A DNA stretch of 64,000 nucleotides, from contig JBPCLO010000052.1 in assembly GCA_051003155.1 (NCBI GenBank), positions 1 to 64,000 of the forward strand, read 5' to 3'. Origin of the DNA: Fimbriimonadales bacterium. Its GTDB lineage: Bacteria; Armatimonadota; Fimbriimonadia; Fimbriimonadales; ATM1. Below, piece after piece: positions 18,361 to 29,800 of this stretch. A program made the position numbers and the translations under genes. Each line of letters begins with the position of its first letter. The stretch's first letter is position 1. Under the pieces are notes generated by a model. That model searched no databases and was not told the DNA's origin. It saw only the letters and a list, made by a program, of their open reading frames with translations.

Positions 18361-18903
18361 ATGAAAGCAAGGGTATCTCTGGTTCTTCTCGCGCTAGTGG
18401 GAGCGCTTACGGCCAATGGACAAGCTCCGAAGGACGCGATCGAGATGGTGGGGGCTGCGCAAAGGCAAGCCGTCGTCGAGAAGAAGAATGTATTCGTAGT
18501 TTTCGATGCCTCGTGGTGAGGATGGTGCAAGCGGCTGGAGGCCGTATTAGAGCACAAAGACTTCAAGAAGTTGTTCGAGGACAGCTACGTCTTCGTTCGG
18601 CTGACCGTGATGGAATCTCCCGATGAGAGGGGCCTCGAGAACCCCCGGGGCATGGACGTGCTGAAGGAGTTGGGCGGCGAAAAGTCCGGGCTCCCTTTCT
18701 TCGCCATCAAAGACCCGAAGGGCAAAATCCTGATCGACTCGAAGGCGCCCGTCGAGGGCAAGGCGCCGCAGAACATCGGCTGCCCCGTGAAGCCCGACGA
18801 GATCGCCCACTTCATAACAATGCTCAGGCAGACGGCGCCGCGGATGACGAAGGCGGAGCTTGCCAGACTGGAGGCGCACCTGAAGAAGCAAGACGGCGGT
18901 TAG
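18361..18903 (+). CDS. Exported thioredoxin-family protein; candidate selenoprotein (UGWC)
   Basis: Signal peptide, VFVVFDASW-TGA(18517-18519)-GWCKRLEAVL in frame with the 18571-18903 ORF (GLPFFAIKDPKGK, NIGCP). Confidence 0.85.
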
Positions 18904-19496
18904 TCCGCTTGCCATTCGGGGGCGAGGTCCTGCTCGATACCGAGGTTCTGCAGGATGCGCGCGACGACAGTGTCTGCGAGTTCTTCGACGCTGTTTGGCC
19001 GGTAGTACCACGCTGGGGAGGCAGGCAAAATGGTGGCGCCGGCTTCGCAAAGCTGGGACATGTTGCGCAGGTGGATGAGGTTGTACGGCGTGTCGCGGAC
19101 GACGCAGATGAGTTTGCGGCTCTCTTTGAGGCAGACGTCGGCGGCGCGCGTCGCGAGGTCGTTGCTGATGCCGTTGGCGATGCGGCCAAGCGTTCCCATA
19201 CTGCACGGAACGATGACCATTCCGTCGTGCCGGAAGGAGCCGCTCGCGGGCGGGGTGAAGTAGTCGCGCTCGTCGAGGAGGCGGATGTTGGGGCATTCTT
19301 CACCGAGGAGCTTCATCGCGCTGTATTGTTCGCGTGAGACTTCGAGTCCGAGTTCGGTTCTCGCGACCTGGAACGCCTGGTCGCTGGCGGTCAGGAAGAT
19401 TTCGGCGTAGTGCTTCGCGGCCTGTCTGAGGAAGCGGACCGCGTAGATCGCCCCGCTCGCACCGGTTATGGAAACCACGAGTCTGCCTGTGTTCAC
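18900..19496 (-). CDS. ubiX: Flavin prenyltransferase
   Basis: ITGASGAIY, PPASGS, PCSMGTL, RAADVCLKE, PASPAWY. Confidence 0.95.
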   Translation of the reverse strand: MNTGRLVVSITGASGAIYAVRFLRQAAKHYAEIFLTASDQAFQVARTELGLEVSREQYSAMKLLGEECPNIRLLDERDYFTPPASGSFRHDGMVIVPCSMGTLGRIANGISNDLATRAADVCLKESRKLICVVRDTPYNLIHLRNMSQLCEAGATILPASPAWYYRPNSVEELADTVVARILQNLGIEQDLAPEWQAD

Positions 19497-19622
19497 GGGA
19501 TAGTCTAGCGCGTTTTAGGCTGGAGGCTGCAGACTTCAGACTGGAGTCAGGGGAGGGGCCCAAGGTCGGCTCCAGAGCCTCTCATTCCTGTGGCCGTCTA
19601 GGCAGCCACGGGTACTGATTTG

Positions 19623-20459
19623 TCAAGCCATCGCAGTCCAAACCCATGCGACTCCCGATCGGTTGGCGGACGAAATTGCACCAGATAATTCTTCGAGCGC
19701 CTTCTCGCGGTCGCTCGCTTCTATTCGGTCGACGCTCAATCTTAGCGGGCCTACGAAGGCGATGAGCCGTTCGAGCGCGCTTTCGGAATCGAGGTCTGCA
19801 AGGTAGGGTACGGCGATTTCCTTCGGAGGGGCCGGCTCAAGTCGCGCTGCCTCGAGCATCGAGCGAACCTCGCCAACGTCCGCGAGCCGAAAGCCGTGGG
19901 GCTCATAGGCAGATGCGGGCCGCAGGTCGAGGTACCGGTCAAGCACCTCCTGCGCAGCGGTGGCCCAGCGGTTGCTTTCTCCTGAAGCCCATACTGCGAA
20001 GGACAACCGCCCTCCGGGTTTGAGGACGCGTCCAATCTCTCGAAAAGCCTTGGCCGGGTCGGCCGCCAGCATCAACGCCATGCGCGAGACCACGCCATCG
20101 AACGAATCGTCCGCAAAGGGCAACACGTCGGACGCCGCGACGGCCGCTCGCTTCGACGGATTGATTATTGCCCTCGCAATGTCGACGCCGACGATGTCCC
20201 ATTGCTGGGGGTAGACCATGGTTTGCGCTCCGCAGCCGACATCGAGAAGCCTTCCGTGGCAGGACGCAAGGCCGTCGAGAATCGCCTCCGTTACCGGTGC
20301 AAACCAAGACTCCACCTGGCCGCCACGCTCGCGCCACCCCTCGCTCACGGCCGTCCAAAACTTCGCTTGCCGCTCGTTCGCGCGGCTACCGTCCGGAAAC
20401 GTGTAGAGATAGAGCTTCCTGCCACCCTCGATCTCGACGGTCTCCCTGACGAACCTCAC
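19623..20459 (-). CDS. Class I SAM-dependent methyltransferase
   Basis: LLDVGCG, LPFADDSFDGV, RVLKPGG; GTG overlaps the ROK stop. Confidence 0.85.
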   Translation of the reverse strand: MRFVRETVEIEGGRKLYLYTFPDGSRANERQAKFWTAVSEGWRERGGQVESWFAPVTEAILDGLASCHGRLLDVGCGAQTMVYPQQWDIVGVDIARAIINPSKRAAVAASDVLPFADDSFDGVVSRMALMLAADPAKAFREIGRVLKPGGRLSFAVWASGESNRWATAAQEVLDRYLDLRPASAYEPHGFRLADVGEVRSMLEAARLEPAPPKEIAVPYLADLDSESALERLIAFVGPLRLSVDRIEASDREKALEELSGAISSANRSGVAWVWTAMA

Positions 20460-21409
20460 AGTTCTCCCAGTGCCAGGGCCGCCGCACCAAGGATGCCGGC
20501 GTCCTCGAATTGCTCGGCCTGCACGATTCGCACCGTATCGAATAAGGATGGAATGCTGGTCTGGGCTGCGGCCAACGTGGCTTCCGGCAGGAAGTACCGC
20601 CAAGCGTTCGCCACCTGGCCACCGATGGCCACGATCTCGGGAGCGAAAGCGTTGATGGCGCTGCCAATGGCCGTTCCAAGATATCCGCCGTAAACTTCCC
20701 ATGCGGCGATCGCCGATTCGTTGCCTGTTTGGGCTTCCTCGAAGAGCTGTAGTGGCGATTCGCAGACGATCCCATGGGCAGCCGCGATCTTCAGCAGTCC
20801 TTCGGCACCGCAATACGCCTCCAAATGGCCTCGTGCACCGCAGGTGCAGGTTGCGCCGTCTTTTACGATAGTTAGATGGCCGAGCTCGGCCGCGCCGCCC
20901 TTGTTGCCGATCAACATCGATGGCCTCGTCAAGCCACCCTGCAGGCAGGCTGGGGAGAGCACGATCCCGCTGCCGACGCCGGTCCCGAGGGTGAGAAGAA
21001 CGAGTCCGTTCGCGCATGCTTTGCCTGAACCGAATCGGTATTCGCCAAGCGCTGCGAGGTTTGCATCATTGCCGATGGTGATGGGCAGGTCTATCTGTTT
21101 GGCAAGTACCGGGGTAAAAGTCACGTCCTCCCAATTTCGGAAATCGCCCTCGACCGTCTCGCCGAAATTCGGCGCCCAATGCACGACACCCTTGATGGCG
21201 TCGATGTGTCCCGGGATAGCAATGCCGATCGATTCCGCGCCGATCCCAGCCATGGCCTCCAGGATCGTCCGGACAACGGCTGCCAAGCATGCGTCCGCGC
21301 CTTCCCGAGCGTGTGATGGGTTCTCGATTCTGGGGCCGACGATTTCGCCCGCAGCGGATACCGCCGCCGCCCTAACATTCGTCCCGCCCAGATCGACGCC
21401 GATAACCAC
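20456..21409 (-). CDS. ROK family sugar kinase (glucokinase-like)
   Basis: IGVDLGGT, NDANLAALGE, TLGTGVGSG, ELGH, CTCGARGHLE. Confidence 0.95.
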   Translation of the reverse strand: MVIGVDLGGTNVRAAAVSAAGEIVGPRIENPSHAREGADACLAAVVRTILEAMAGIGAESIGIAIPGHIDAIKGVVHWAPNFGETVEGDFRNWEDVTFTPVLAKQIDLPITIGNDANLAALGEYRFGSGKACANGLVLLTLGTGVGSGIVLSPACLQGGLTRPSMLIGNKGGAAELGHLTIVKDGATCTCGARGHLEAYCGAEGLLKIAAAHGIVCESPLQLFEEAQTGNESAIAAWEVYGGYLGTAIGSAINAFAPEIVAIGGQVANAWRYFLPEATLAAAQTSIPSLFDTVRIVQAEQFEDAGILGAAALALGEL

Positions 21410-21443
21410 CGGCAAATTGTAGCCGCAGATACAATGGTAGAGT

Positions 21444-22403
21444 ATGGCGATTGCGAACGAAGCCCTCAAAGGGGCGGCCCTGTCTGAAGGATTCGATCTC
21501 GCCGGCGTCTGTCCGGCCGTGTCGGCGCCGCATCTCGCCGCATATCTCCAGTGGCTCGCCGAGGGTAGGCACGCAGGCATGGAGTACATGGCGAAGTCGA
21601 AGGATTTGCGCAGCGATCCCGGATCCTTGCTGGAGGGAGCGAAGTCGATCCTGGCGGTTGGGCTCAACTACTATCAGGAACCCAAGCGGGGCGGGGCCAA
21701 GGTCGCCCGTTACGCGCTGGGCCGCGACTACCACAAAGTCCTCCGGTCCAAGCTTAGACGAATCGGCCTGTGGGCCATGAAGCAGTACCCCGGTCTCGAG
21801 GCGCGGCCCTGCGTGGATTCAGCCCCGATTTTGGAGCGCGATTATGCGAACCTCGCCGGCCTGGGCTGGTTCGGAAAGAACACCTGCCTAATCGACAGCA
21901 AGCGCGGAAGCTGGTTCTTCATCGGGCTGCTCCTGCTCGATAAGGAATTTGAACCGGATGCATCGGCGATAGGCTCTTGCGGAACATGCCGTTTGTGCAT
22001 CGACGCATGTCCTACAGGCGCGTTAGTCCTTGGTTATGGCCGCCCGGTCGCCGTTCTGGATTCCTCGCGATGCATCAGCTACCTCACCATCGAGCACAAA
22101 GGCCCCTACCGCCAAGAAGAAAGTGACATGTTGCACGGCTGGCTTTTCGGGTGCGACGTTTGCCAGGAGGTATGTCCATTCAACCAAACCCGCCGGAACC
22201 AACCCATGCGGGCGCAGCCAACTGCCGAGCCTGACTTCAAAGCTCGGCCAATGAACGAGACGCCCGAGCTGGCTGGCGTGGCCGAAATTTCCGAGGAAAA
22301 GTTCGCCGAAGAGTATGCGGGGACCGTGTTTATGCGTGCCGGAGCTGCGCGAATGAGGCGAAATGCCCACGCCCTATTGAATGCGCGCAACCAACGGCCT
22401 TAG
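21444..22403 (+). CDS. queG: Epoxyqueuosine reductase
   Basis: YALGRDYH, CVDSAPILER, CGTCRLCIDACPT, CISYLTIE, GCDVCQEVCP. Confidence 0.96.
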   Translation: MAIANEALKGAALSEGFDLAGVCPAVSAPHLAAYLQWLAEGRHAGMEYMAKSKDLRSDPGSLLEGAKSILAVGLNYYQEPKRGGAKVARYALGRDYHKVLRSKLRRIGLWAMKQYPGLEARPCVDSAPILERDYANLAGLGWFGKNTCLIDSKRGSWFFIGLLLLDKEFEPDASAIGSCGTCRLCIDACPTGALVLGYGRPVAVLDSSRCISYLTIEHKGPYRQEESDMLHGWLFGCDVCQEVCPFNQTRRNQPMRAQPTAEPDFKARPMNETPELAGVAEISEEKFAEEYAGTVFMRAGAARMRRNAHALLNARNQRP

Positions 22404-22442
22404 ACTACAGTATTCTAAAAAGCATCCACCAGGAGTAGAAAA

Positions 22443-22631
22443 TTGAATCCCATAAAGCTCGGTATCACCATTTTTGTCGTCGCCATCGTTGCCACGGTTC
22501 TGTGGGGGCTTCTCGGAGCCGTTATCAGCCTCAGCTTCAAACTGGCTGTGCTGGCGGCCGTCGGCTTCGTCGTGTACGGCCTCCTAACAGGGAACAAGGC
22601 CCTTGGCGGCGGCCGCGGACGCCTTCCGTAG
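22443..22631 (+). CDS. Small membrane protein
   Basis: AGGAG RBS, hydrophobic helices. Confidence 0.65.
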   Translation: MNPIKLGITIFVVAIVATVLWGLLGAVISLSFKLAVLAAVGFVVYGLLTGNKALGGGRGRLP

Positions 22632-22673
22632 CCTAAGGCAGGAGACTTACGGGGAGCGCCGAACTAGGGACGC

Positions 22674-24932
22674 ATGCTCCTCGCCCTATTGGCTGCCGCC
22701 ACGGTTCACACCGTTCAGGCGGAAGCCATCGTTCTTCGTGATTCCTACGGCATTCCACATATCTTCGCCCCAGACGTAAAGGGCGCGTTCGAGCAAGCCG
22801 GATACGCGGTCGCTGAGGATCGTCTTTGGCAGATGGAGATGAGCCGGCGTTCTGCGCGCGGACAACTGAGCGAACTCCTCGGGCAAGGCGCCGTAAAGGG
22901 CGATCTGGAAGCCCTTCGCTTCGGCTATACGAATTCCGAATACGCCGCAATGTTCGCCGAGCTTCCAGAGGGCGCAAAGGCTATATTCCGAAGCTATGCG
23001 AAGGGCATCAATCGCCGCATCGAACAGCTAGCGACGTCGGGCAAACTCCCGATGGCCTATGCTGGCGCAGAGCCTCGACCTTGGGATGTGACCGATTCCT
23101 TGGCGATCAGCGTCAATCTGATACGCCAGTTCGGCGTCGGCGGAGCGGGCGAGATCAGAAATTTGCTCCTCTACACCTACCTGCGCGACCGCCTAAAGGA
23201 GCGAACACCGGCGGCAATTCAAGACATCCTTTGGCAGAACGACTCCGCCTCGATTCCTACGGTGGCCGATTCCGACAATCCGCTAAAGGGAGTGTCGCCG
23301 TTTCCCAAGGCTTCCGAGAAGACGCTGGCTTCACACCTGGCCCTCCTGCCCAAGGCGAACCTGCTCGAATTGTTGCCGGCAATTCGCATCGAGGAACAGG
23401 TCGAAATGAAAGACCTCGCCGCGCAGCTCGGCGTGCCCAACAAATGGGGGAGCTATGCCATGGTCGTGGGTAAGCATCGCAGCGCGTTCGGTGTGCCTAT
23501 CCTTCTGAACGGGCCACAAATGGGCTTTAGTGGTCCCAGCGTTATCCACCAAATGAGCATCGAGTGCCCCCATTACACTGCGGTAGGGCTAGATGTGCCG
23601 GGGATGCCGGGCGTCCTCGTCGGGCATTCGCCCTACGCGGCTTGGGGTCTGACAAGCGGTATCGCGGACACCGACGACATTTTCTTTGTGCAATTGAATC
23701 CCGATAACCCTGGTAAGTACAGACACGGAGGAGCCTGGAAAGATTTTGAAGTGGCCGAAACGTCGATAAAGGTGAAGGGCGCGGAATCGATCACTGCCAA
23801 GCGAGAAGTATCAGCATACGGGCCGGTCGTGATCAAGAGCACGTCGACCGGTGTTGCATACGTTCGCAAATCAACTCTTTGGATGTCGGAGGTCGAGAAC
23901 TCGGCTTATGCGTTATCCATTCCAACGGCAAGGACCATGGCGGACTTTCAAAAAATCTCGCGGCGATTGAGCGCAACCTTTAATTTCTTTGTGGCAACAA
24001 CACAGGGCGACATCGGCTGGTTTTACTGCGGCCTAATGCCCGTGCGATCTGAAAATGTCGACCCGCGCTTCCCCACTCCAGGCACCGGCCAATTCGATTG
24101 GTCAGGGACCATCCCGGGCGACCGGATGCCGTTCGTGATCAATCCAAAGAACGGGGTAATCGCCAACTGGAACAACAAACCCATTAGCTGGTGGCCGAAT
24201 TTGGATACGCCGGCATGGGGCCGCATTTTCCGTAACGAAGCCATCGTCGACCGCTTGCAACATCGGAAGACAATCTCGTCGCAGAATCTGCAGGAAGTGG
24301 CGCGAGAAATCGCCACGAACGGGTTCGAATATAAACACTTCTTGCCGGGCCTGCTCGATTCGCTAAAGGGGCAGCCGCTCAACGCAGCGGAGCTTCAAGC
24401 AAAGCAATTTCTCGATAATTGGGATGGTACAGAGCTCGATGGCTCCGTGCAGTCCGTTATTTACGATGGCTGGTTCAACACCTTGCAAGGGGAAATTTTC
24501 ACGCCGACGCTTGGAACGATGCTCAGCCCGACCACGTTTCGACTGGTGGTTCAGCCAACGCTCGCTTGGAATGCCATACACGGCAAGACGAAGATAGATT
24601 ACTTGGGAGATAAGCCTGCCGACGAAGTCATTGTAACGGCCTTTCGAAAAGCTGTTTCCGCGCTGGTGCAACGTTTAGGCGCCGACGTAGCGACGTGGCG
24701 GTACCGAGCTCCGCGGATCCAATGGAAAGGCCCGCCGGACGTTCTTTACAATGACCGCGGGACCTATACTCAGGTCGTCGAGTTGTGGGACACTCCGCGC
24801 GGATTGTTTGTCGCGCCGCCGGGGGTCTCCGAAGATCCAACATCTCCGTTTTTCTCCGACCAGCGCGAGCTCGCCGCTAACTGGGCTTACGCGCCGATGC
24901 TCTGGAAGCGAAGCGACCTACCGGCTAGGTAA
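22674..24932 (+). CDS. Penicillin acylase (Ntn-hydrolase) family
   Basis: RDSYGIPHI, AEDRLWQM, WG|SYAMVV nucleophile Ser, ANWNNKP. Confidence 0.92.
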   Translation: MLLALLAAATVHTVQAEAIVLRDSYGIPHIFAPDVKGAFEQAGYAVAEDRLWQMEMSRRSARGQLSELLGQGAVKGDLEALRFGYTNSEYAAMFAELPEGAKAIFRSYAKGINRRIEQLATSGKLPMAYAGAEPRPWDVTDSLAISVNLIRQFGVGGAGEIRNLLLYTYLRDRLKERTPAAIQDILWQNDSASIPTVADSDNPLKGVSPFPKASEKTLASHLALLPKANLLELLPAIRIEEQVEMKDLAAQLGVPNKWGSYAMVVGKHRSAFGVPILLNGPQMGFSGPSVIHQMSIECPHYTAVGLDVPGMPGVLVGHSPYAAWGLTSGIADTDDIFFVQLNPDNPGKYRHGGAWKDFEVAETSIKVKGAESITAKREVSAYGPVVIKSTSTGVAYVRKSTLWMSEVENSAYALSIPTARTMADFQKISRRLSATFNFFVATTQGDIGWFYCGLMPVRSENVDPRFPTPGTGQFDWSGTIPGDRMPFVINPKNGVIANWNNKPISWWPNLDTPAWGRIFRNEAIVDRLQHRKTISSQNLQEVAREIATNGFEYKHFLPGLLDSLKGQPLNAAELQAKQFLDNWDGTELDGSVQSVIYDGWFNTLQGEIFTPTLGTMLSPTTFRLVVQPTLAWNAIHGKTKIDYLGDKPADEVIVTAFRKAVSALVQRLGADVATWRYRAPRIQWKGPPDVLYNDRGTYTQVVELWDTPRGLFVAPPGVSEDPTSPFFSDQRELAANWAYAPMLWKRSDLPAR

Positions 24933-26301
24933 TCGGCTTGAAGTGCGCCGTGAAGTGGCGCAACATCGCTGATTCTTTGACAATTCTCAAACCGCGCGCC
25001 ATTTCCCTTTCGGCGAATACTTCCGCGAATATTTCGATCAGGTAATTAATATGCGCCTGGGTGTAAACCCGTCGGGGCAGGGCGAGCCGCACAAGCTCTT
25101 TGTCGCTCGGAATATCGGCACCGGTAGTCTGATCCTTTTTGCCGAACATCACCGTGCCGATTTCAACTGCGCGAACTCCGCCCTTCGAATAAAGCTCCGC
25201 GACCAATCGCTGGGCCGGAAATTGCAGCGAATCGATTTGGGGGTAAAAGCGCTTCGCATCGACGTAAACGGCGTGTCCGCCCGGCGGCTGCACAACATGG
25301 ATGCCGATTGCCGTGAGGTGGTCTGCCAAGTACCTCGAGCACGCCAGTCTATATTCAAGGTACCGCTCGTCGAGCACCTCTTCCAACCCCGTCGCGAGGG
25401 CCTCTAGATCGCGCCCCGCAAGCCCGCCGTAGGTCGGAAATCCCTCGGTCAGAATGAGTAGGTTGCGTGCCTTTTCGGCAAGAACATCGGCATTAAGAGC
25501 TAAAAACCCGCCGATATTCCCAAAACCGTCCTTCTTTAGCGACATCGTCGCTCCGTCGGCGTGGCTGAACATCTCCTGCGCTATTTCCTTGGCCGATTTA
25601 TGCTCGTATCCAGGCTCTCGCAGCTTGATAAAATACGCGTTCTCGGCGAAACGACATGCGTCCAGGAAAAGCGGAATGGCATTTTCGCGAGCAATTTCGG
25701 AAACTTCACGAATACTCGCCATGCTCGCCGGCTGGCCGCCACCTGCGTTGTTTGTAACGGTAACCATGATCACCGGAATCGACCGAGCCGCATGTGTCCG
25801 TATGTACGCCCGAAGCTTGTGGGGATCCAAATTGCCCTTGAATGGATAGTCGCTGTCGAAATCCTTGGCTTCATCGATTACAAGGTCGTCAGCCGTGGCG
25901 CCGCTAAATTCCACATTGGCGCGCGTTGTGTCGAAGTGGTTGTTATTCGGGACGTGCCTGCCCACTCCGCCGATCAATCCAAAGAGAAGTCGCTCGGCGG
26001 CGCGCCCCTGATGAACCGGAATGACGTGCTTGAGTCCCGTGATGTCGCGCACAACACTTTCGAATCTGAAGAAACTCCGGCTGCCCGCATAGCTTTCGTC
26101 CCCCATCATCATCGCGCCCCACTGGGCGGCGGACATGGCGCTCGTGCCGCTGTCCGTAAGCAGATCGATAAGGATCTTGTCGGCCGGGATCAAGAACGGA
26201 TTGTAATGAGCTTCGGCGAGAATTTTCTCGCGCTCAGCCTGATCCGTAAAGCCAATGGGCTCCACGACCTTGATCCGAAAGGGCTCGATGATCTCTTTCA
26301 T
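24925..26301 (-). CDS. tnaA: Tryptophanase / beta-eliminating lyase
   Basis: EPFRIKVVEP, DLLTDSGT, HQGRAAE, MSLKKD, RLALPRRVYT; tyrosine phenol-lyase not excluded. Confidence 0.85.
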   Translation of the reverse strand: MKEIIEPFRIKVVEPIGFTDQAEREKILAEAHYNPFLIPADKILIDLLTDSGTSAMSAAQWGAMMMGDESYAGSRSFFRFESVVRDITGLKHVIPVHQGRAAERLLFGLIGGVGRHVPNNNHFDTTRANVEFSGATADDLVIDEAKDFDSDYPFKGNLDPHKLRAYIRTHAARSIPVIMVTVTNNAGGGQPASMASIREVSEIARENAIPLFLDACRFAENAYFIKLREPGYEHKSAKEIAQEMFSHADGATMSLKKDGFGNIGGFLALNADVLAEKARNLLILTEGFPTYGGLAGRDLEALATGLEEVLDERYLEYRLACSRYLADHLTAIGIHVVQPPGGHAVYVDAKRFYPQIDSLQFPAQRLVAELYSKGGVRAVEIGTVMFGKKDQTTGADIPSDKELVRLALPRRVYTQAHINYLIEIFAEVFAEREMARGLRIVKESAMLRHFTAHFKPIT

Positions 26302-26410
26302 CCACTCGGATTATGGCTCGAGCGCTAAGGGCGGTATCTTTGACATCGGGCTTTCGAGTAGACACAGGGCGGTTCCGTCGTCGTCGGGCCTTAAAAGATC
26401 GCCTGGCCAC

Positions 26411-26803
26411 TCAGGCGCGGGTTCGCCGGTTCCTACTCGCGGTTGCAAATTCGAGGCTCGAGTTGGACGCCGTGGCCCGTAGCGCGCGCCCTGACCTAGC
26501 GCTGCAAGAGGGATTCATTTTCAACAGGCTCCGCACAGATAGTCCACCCCTTCTCCACCGAGATTTCCACAGGCCAATTGTCGGGCAAGTCCGCAAAGCC
26601 TGGAGCCTCCGGCGCAATCTACAACCTATGGCCGCCGAAACTCCGATATTGGCCGCCACCGGTGTTCCCCATTTAAGCGGGATATAAGAAGAATTCGTTC
26701 GGCCTCCCAGCAGTCCGAACCGAGTGATGCGCGGTCCAACCGCGGCAGTTATTAATAACTCGTAGTTCGCGGCGGCCAGGCGAACACATTTGCATCGACC
26801 CAC
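26411..26803 (-). pseudogene. Decayed DUF4380/aldose-epimerase-like gene
   Basis: VGPRITRFG, then in another frame GGQYRSFGGHRL*IAPE (TAG at 26619-26621 where GGHRLW is expected). Confidence 0.6.
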
Positions 26804-26840
26804 AAAATGGGACGATTCCCATCAATGAGGTTCTAACCGA

Positions 26841-29800
26841 TTAGAAGCGCAGCTGGTAATCCACGTTGAGCATCATCCGGTTCCAAAGCTGTCCCTCGAC
26901 GATGCCGTGCTCCCAGTTAATGCTGCCGAACGCGAAGCTGAAAGTTTGGTTCGGTCCTGGCTTTTGGTCGAAAGCGAATTCGTATTGGTGGCGCGTCCTC
27001 CGGCCGTCGAGTGGATTTTCGCCTTGCTCCACTCCATAGGTCAGTTTAATCGGGCTGCCTGACTTGTTGAACATCGACATCGTAACGTTCGCTCGACGTG
27101 CAAGGGTGTGTTGCTGAACGTCTTCCAAATCGTTAAACGCGAACTTGAAATTCGTATCGGTGTTAGGAATATAGTCGACCGCCCAGGTTCGTGCCCTCGT
27201 AGGCTTCGTCGAGGTGCCCAGTGGGGATCCGATTTCGGCTTGCTCGGTGAAATTATCTGTCGAGTGGATGAGATTGAAATTATCCCCGACTTTATAGCTC
27301 AGGTCGAAATCCTGCATCACGAGGTTGCCGCCGTTGGGCAGGGTCCTGACCTTGTAGCCCAAATTCACCTGCAGTCGCTTCTTGCATGTCGGGTCGAGCT
27401 TGAACGTGACGAATCGATCCGCGCCGATTATCTGCCCGGGAAGCAGGACATGGCCATATCCGAGTCCGAACAGGCTTCCGAAAATCTTTGTCGAGAAATC
27501 TCCCAACCGACGTTCCCGTTGCGGTACACCGAGCTGGGTTTCGCCGTCGTAGCCTAGGTTGATTTTAACCTCCTTGAAAATCCCGAGGTTGAACGGCTTC
27601 GGATTAGAAAGCGTGAAATTACCGATTTCACTGGCTCTCTGGCCGTCGACGCCGTTCTCGGTGAACGAGCCGCCCATATTGAACCCGCCCATACTGCCAT
27701 TGGTCAGCTCCCACTTAAGATTGTGCTTTCCGCCCAGCACGGTGTCCAAATCGTGATGCCAGGTATAGCCCAGCTTCAGGTTGTTCCCGAAATCGTAGGA
27801 AAAACCGAGGTTGGTAGCTTCCTGATCCGGCTTGTCCTTGTCGCGTGCGACCTCCACCTGCTCCACGTTGATCCCCAACTTCTTGGTGACTTGCCAGCCC
27901 AGCTTATAAGACTGAACATTCTCGTAGCCGCCGTCGGCGAATAAGGTGCGCACTTGCTCCGTCATGAAGCTCAAACTCTTCATAAAATTGGTTTCGTACT
28001 TGATCACGTCGGTCTTCCGATCCGGTTTTTCCTTTTCCAAGCCCGCGAACTTCTCTTCCTCGTGCATATAAGACACTTGGCCGGCTTTGCCGAAGTTACG
28101 CGTCCCGCGAAAACTCGAAACATTGTTCTGGTAAAGAAGCCCGGTCATCCCGTTCAACTTGTGGTTGTTAAAGTTGAACGCGAGTTGGGTGAATTTGTCG
28201 GGAGCATACGAAATCGACGCTTGATGCTTATATCGATGAAGTTCCTCGTCGCCGTTATCCGCGTCGTATAGCAACGCGTCAATCTTGAAATTCTTTATGG
28301 AATGGAACTTTAGCTGCAGGTCCTTTTGCTGGTAGCCTACGAGCTGGGACAACAAGTCTCTTTCCGGGTCGCCGATGTCAAAGACTCTATCGAATGAGGC
28401 ATCGATGTTGCGAACTCCGGCGCTCACTTCGAACCCCTGCCCTTTAACCGACGCCTTCATTCGCTGAACCCCGCCATTTTCCGTGTCGACACCCATTTGG
28501 CTCAGCGAAAAATCTGTCTTGGCGCCGAGCTTGCCTGCCAGAGACCATTCGCGCTTGTCGAAGCCTATCTGGTTTCCATAGAAGTTCCGCTCAGCCTCCA
28601 AAAGATCGAAAACGCGCAAAAACGTTGGATCGATGTTCATGTGGCGATAATCGAATTTCAACGAGCCCGAGCTCGCCCGCAAGACATCGTTCTTGATCCC
28701 GCCGTTGGCCCCAACGATTGCGAGGGTCTCGAACGTAACCGAGGAGGCCTTGGAAGGCGAGCCCTTGAATCGAAGGAAACTCCGGGAGAGGCCTGCCTCG
28801 CGATCGAGCCAGGTCTTGTCGTTGTCGTTGGCGGCAGCCGCCGGATCGTACATGCGGAGTACCTGATTAGCAAACGTGTCGCGCTCGGGTCCGGTCAGGT
28901 CGCCGAATCTCAAGAACCCCGGGGCGCTGGATCGGTTCCAGAATTCCAGGCCCATGTTTTTGGTGCCATAGGAAAGTGCCGAGGAGCGAAGTGTGTTGCC
29001 GTCAAATTCGACAGATTTTTGCGAGTAGGAGGCAAAGACCCTATCCTTCCCTCTTGGAAGGGCGAAACTCATGTCCTTGCGCCCAAAACCGCGTTCCTTG
29101 CCCCACTGGTCGCGCTCGCCTTCCGCCAGATCTCCCGCCCTCGCGAACAGTGCGTCGATCTCTTGGGTGGAGTACGCCGCATTAAGCCACGGCGTGTCGA
29201 ACGACAGGTTGCTCTTCGAGACACCGTTGTGATCCTCTTGAGAAATGCTGCTGCGATCGAACTTTAGGGAGGATTGCCCGAAGCGAAGTGCTCCGCCAAA
29301 TCCTGTCCGTTCGATTCCGCGCTCTTTTTGATACTGAGCTCGGTCCGTTTCGGCTATGTCTTCAAAGCGCGAGAACGAGTTTCCGATTTTCCGCGAATTA
29401 AAGTATAAATCGAAAGCAGCCGATTTAAGGCCGTAATCATGAAACGTGATTTTGCCGCGCCCATCATCGATGGTACGAAAACTATTGGTGAAAGACAAGC
29501 CTTTCGGGCTTCCTCCGCTAAAACCAAGGCCCATTCGGTAAATGCCCTTTTCCTTTTCGAGTTGGCTGATTGTTTCCTCAGCGACTCCTCCGGACGTAAG
29601 CGCGTCGAAACCCGCGAAGCCCTGATCCACCCTTTGGTATTCAGCGGTGAAGCTCGTACCTGAACCGAGCGCCACCGTCGCCTTTTGGACTATCAGCGAG
29701 TCCGTCCCTTCTGTGCCGGCGGTGACTTGCCCTCCATCCGGCGATGCCCCGTCGGCCGCGACGAGTGCGTTCGATCGGCTGCTTACTAAGTACATGCCAC

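Noticed and set aside
19518..19550. Short degenerate 7-mer repeats (ggctgga/gctgcag/acttcag/actggag)
   Set aside because: Low-information intergenic repeat with no supportable function.
19623..21667. Long ORF versions 19623-21017 and 20456-21667
   Set aside because: The extensions overlap the ROK and queG genes; domain motifs begin at 20459 and 21409.
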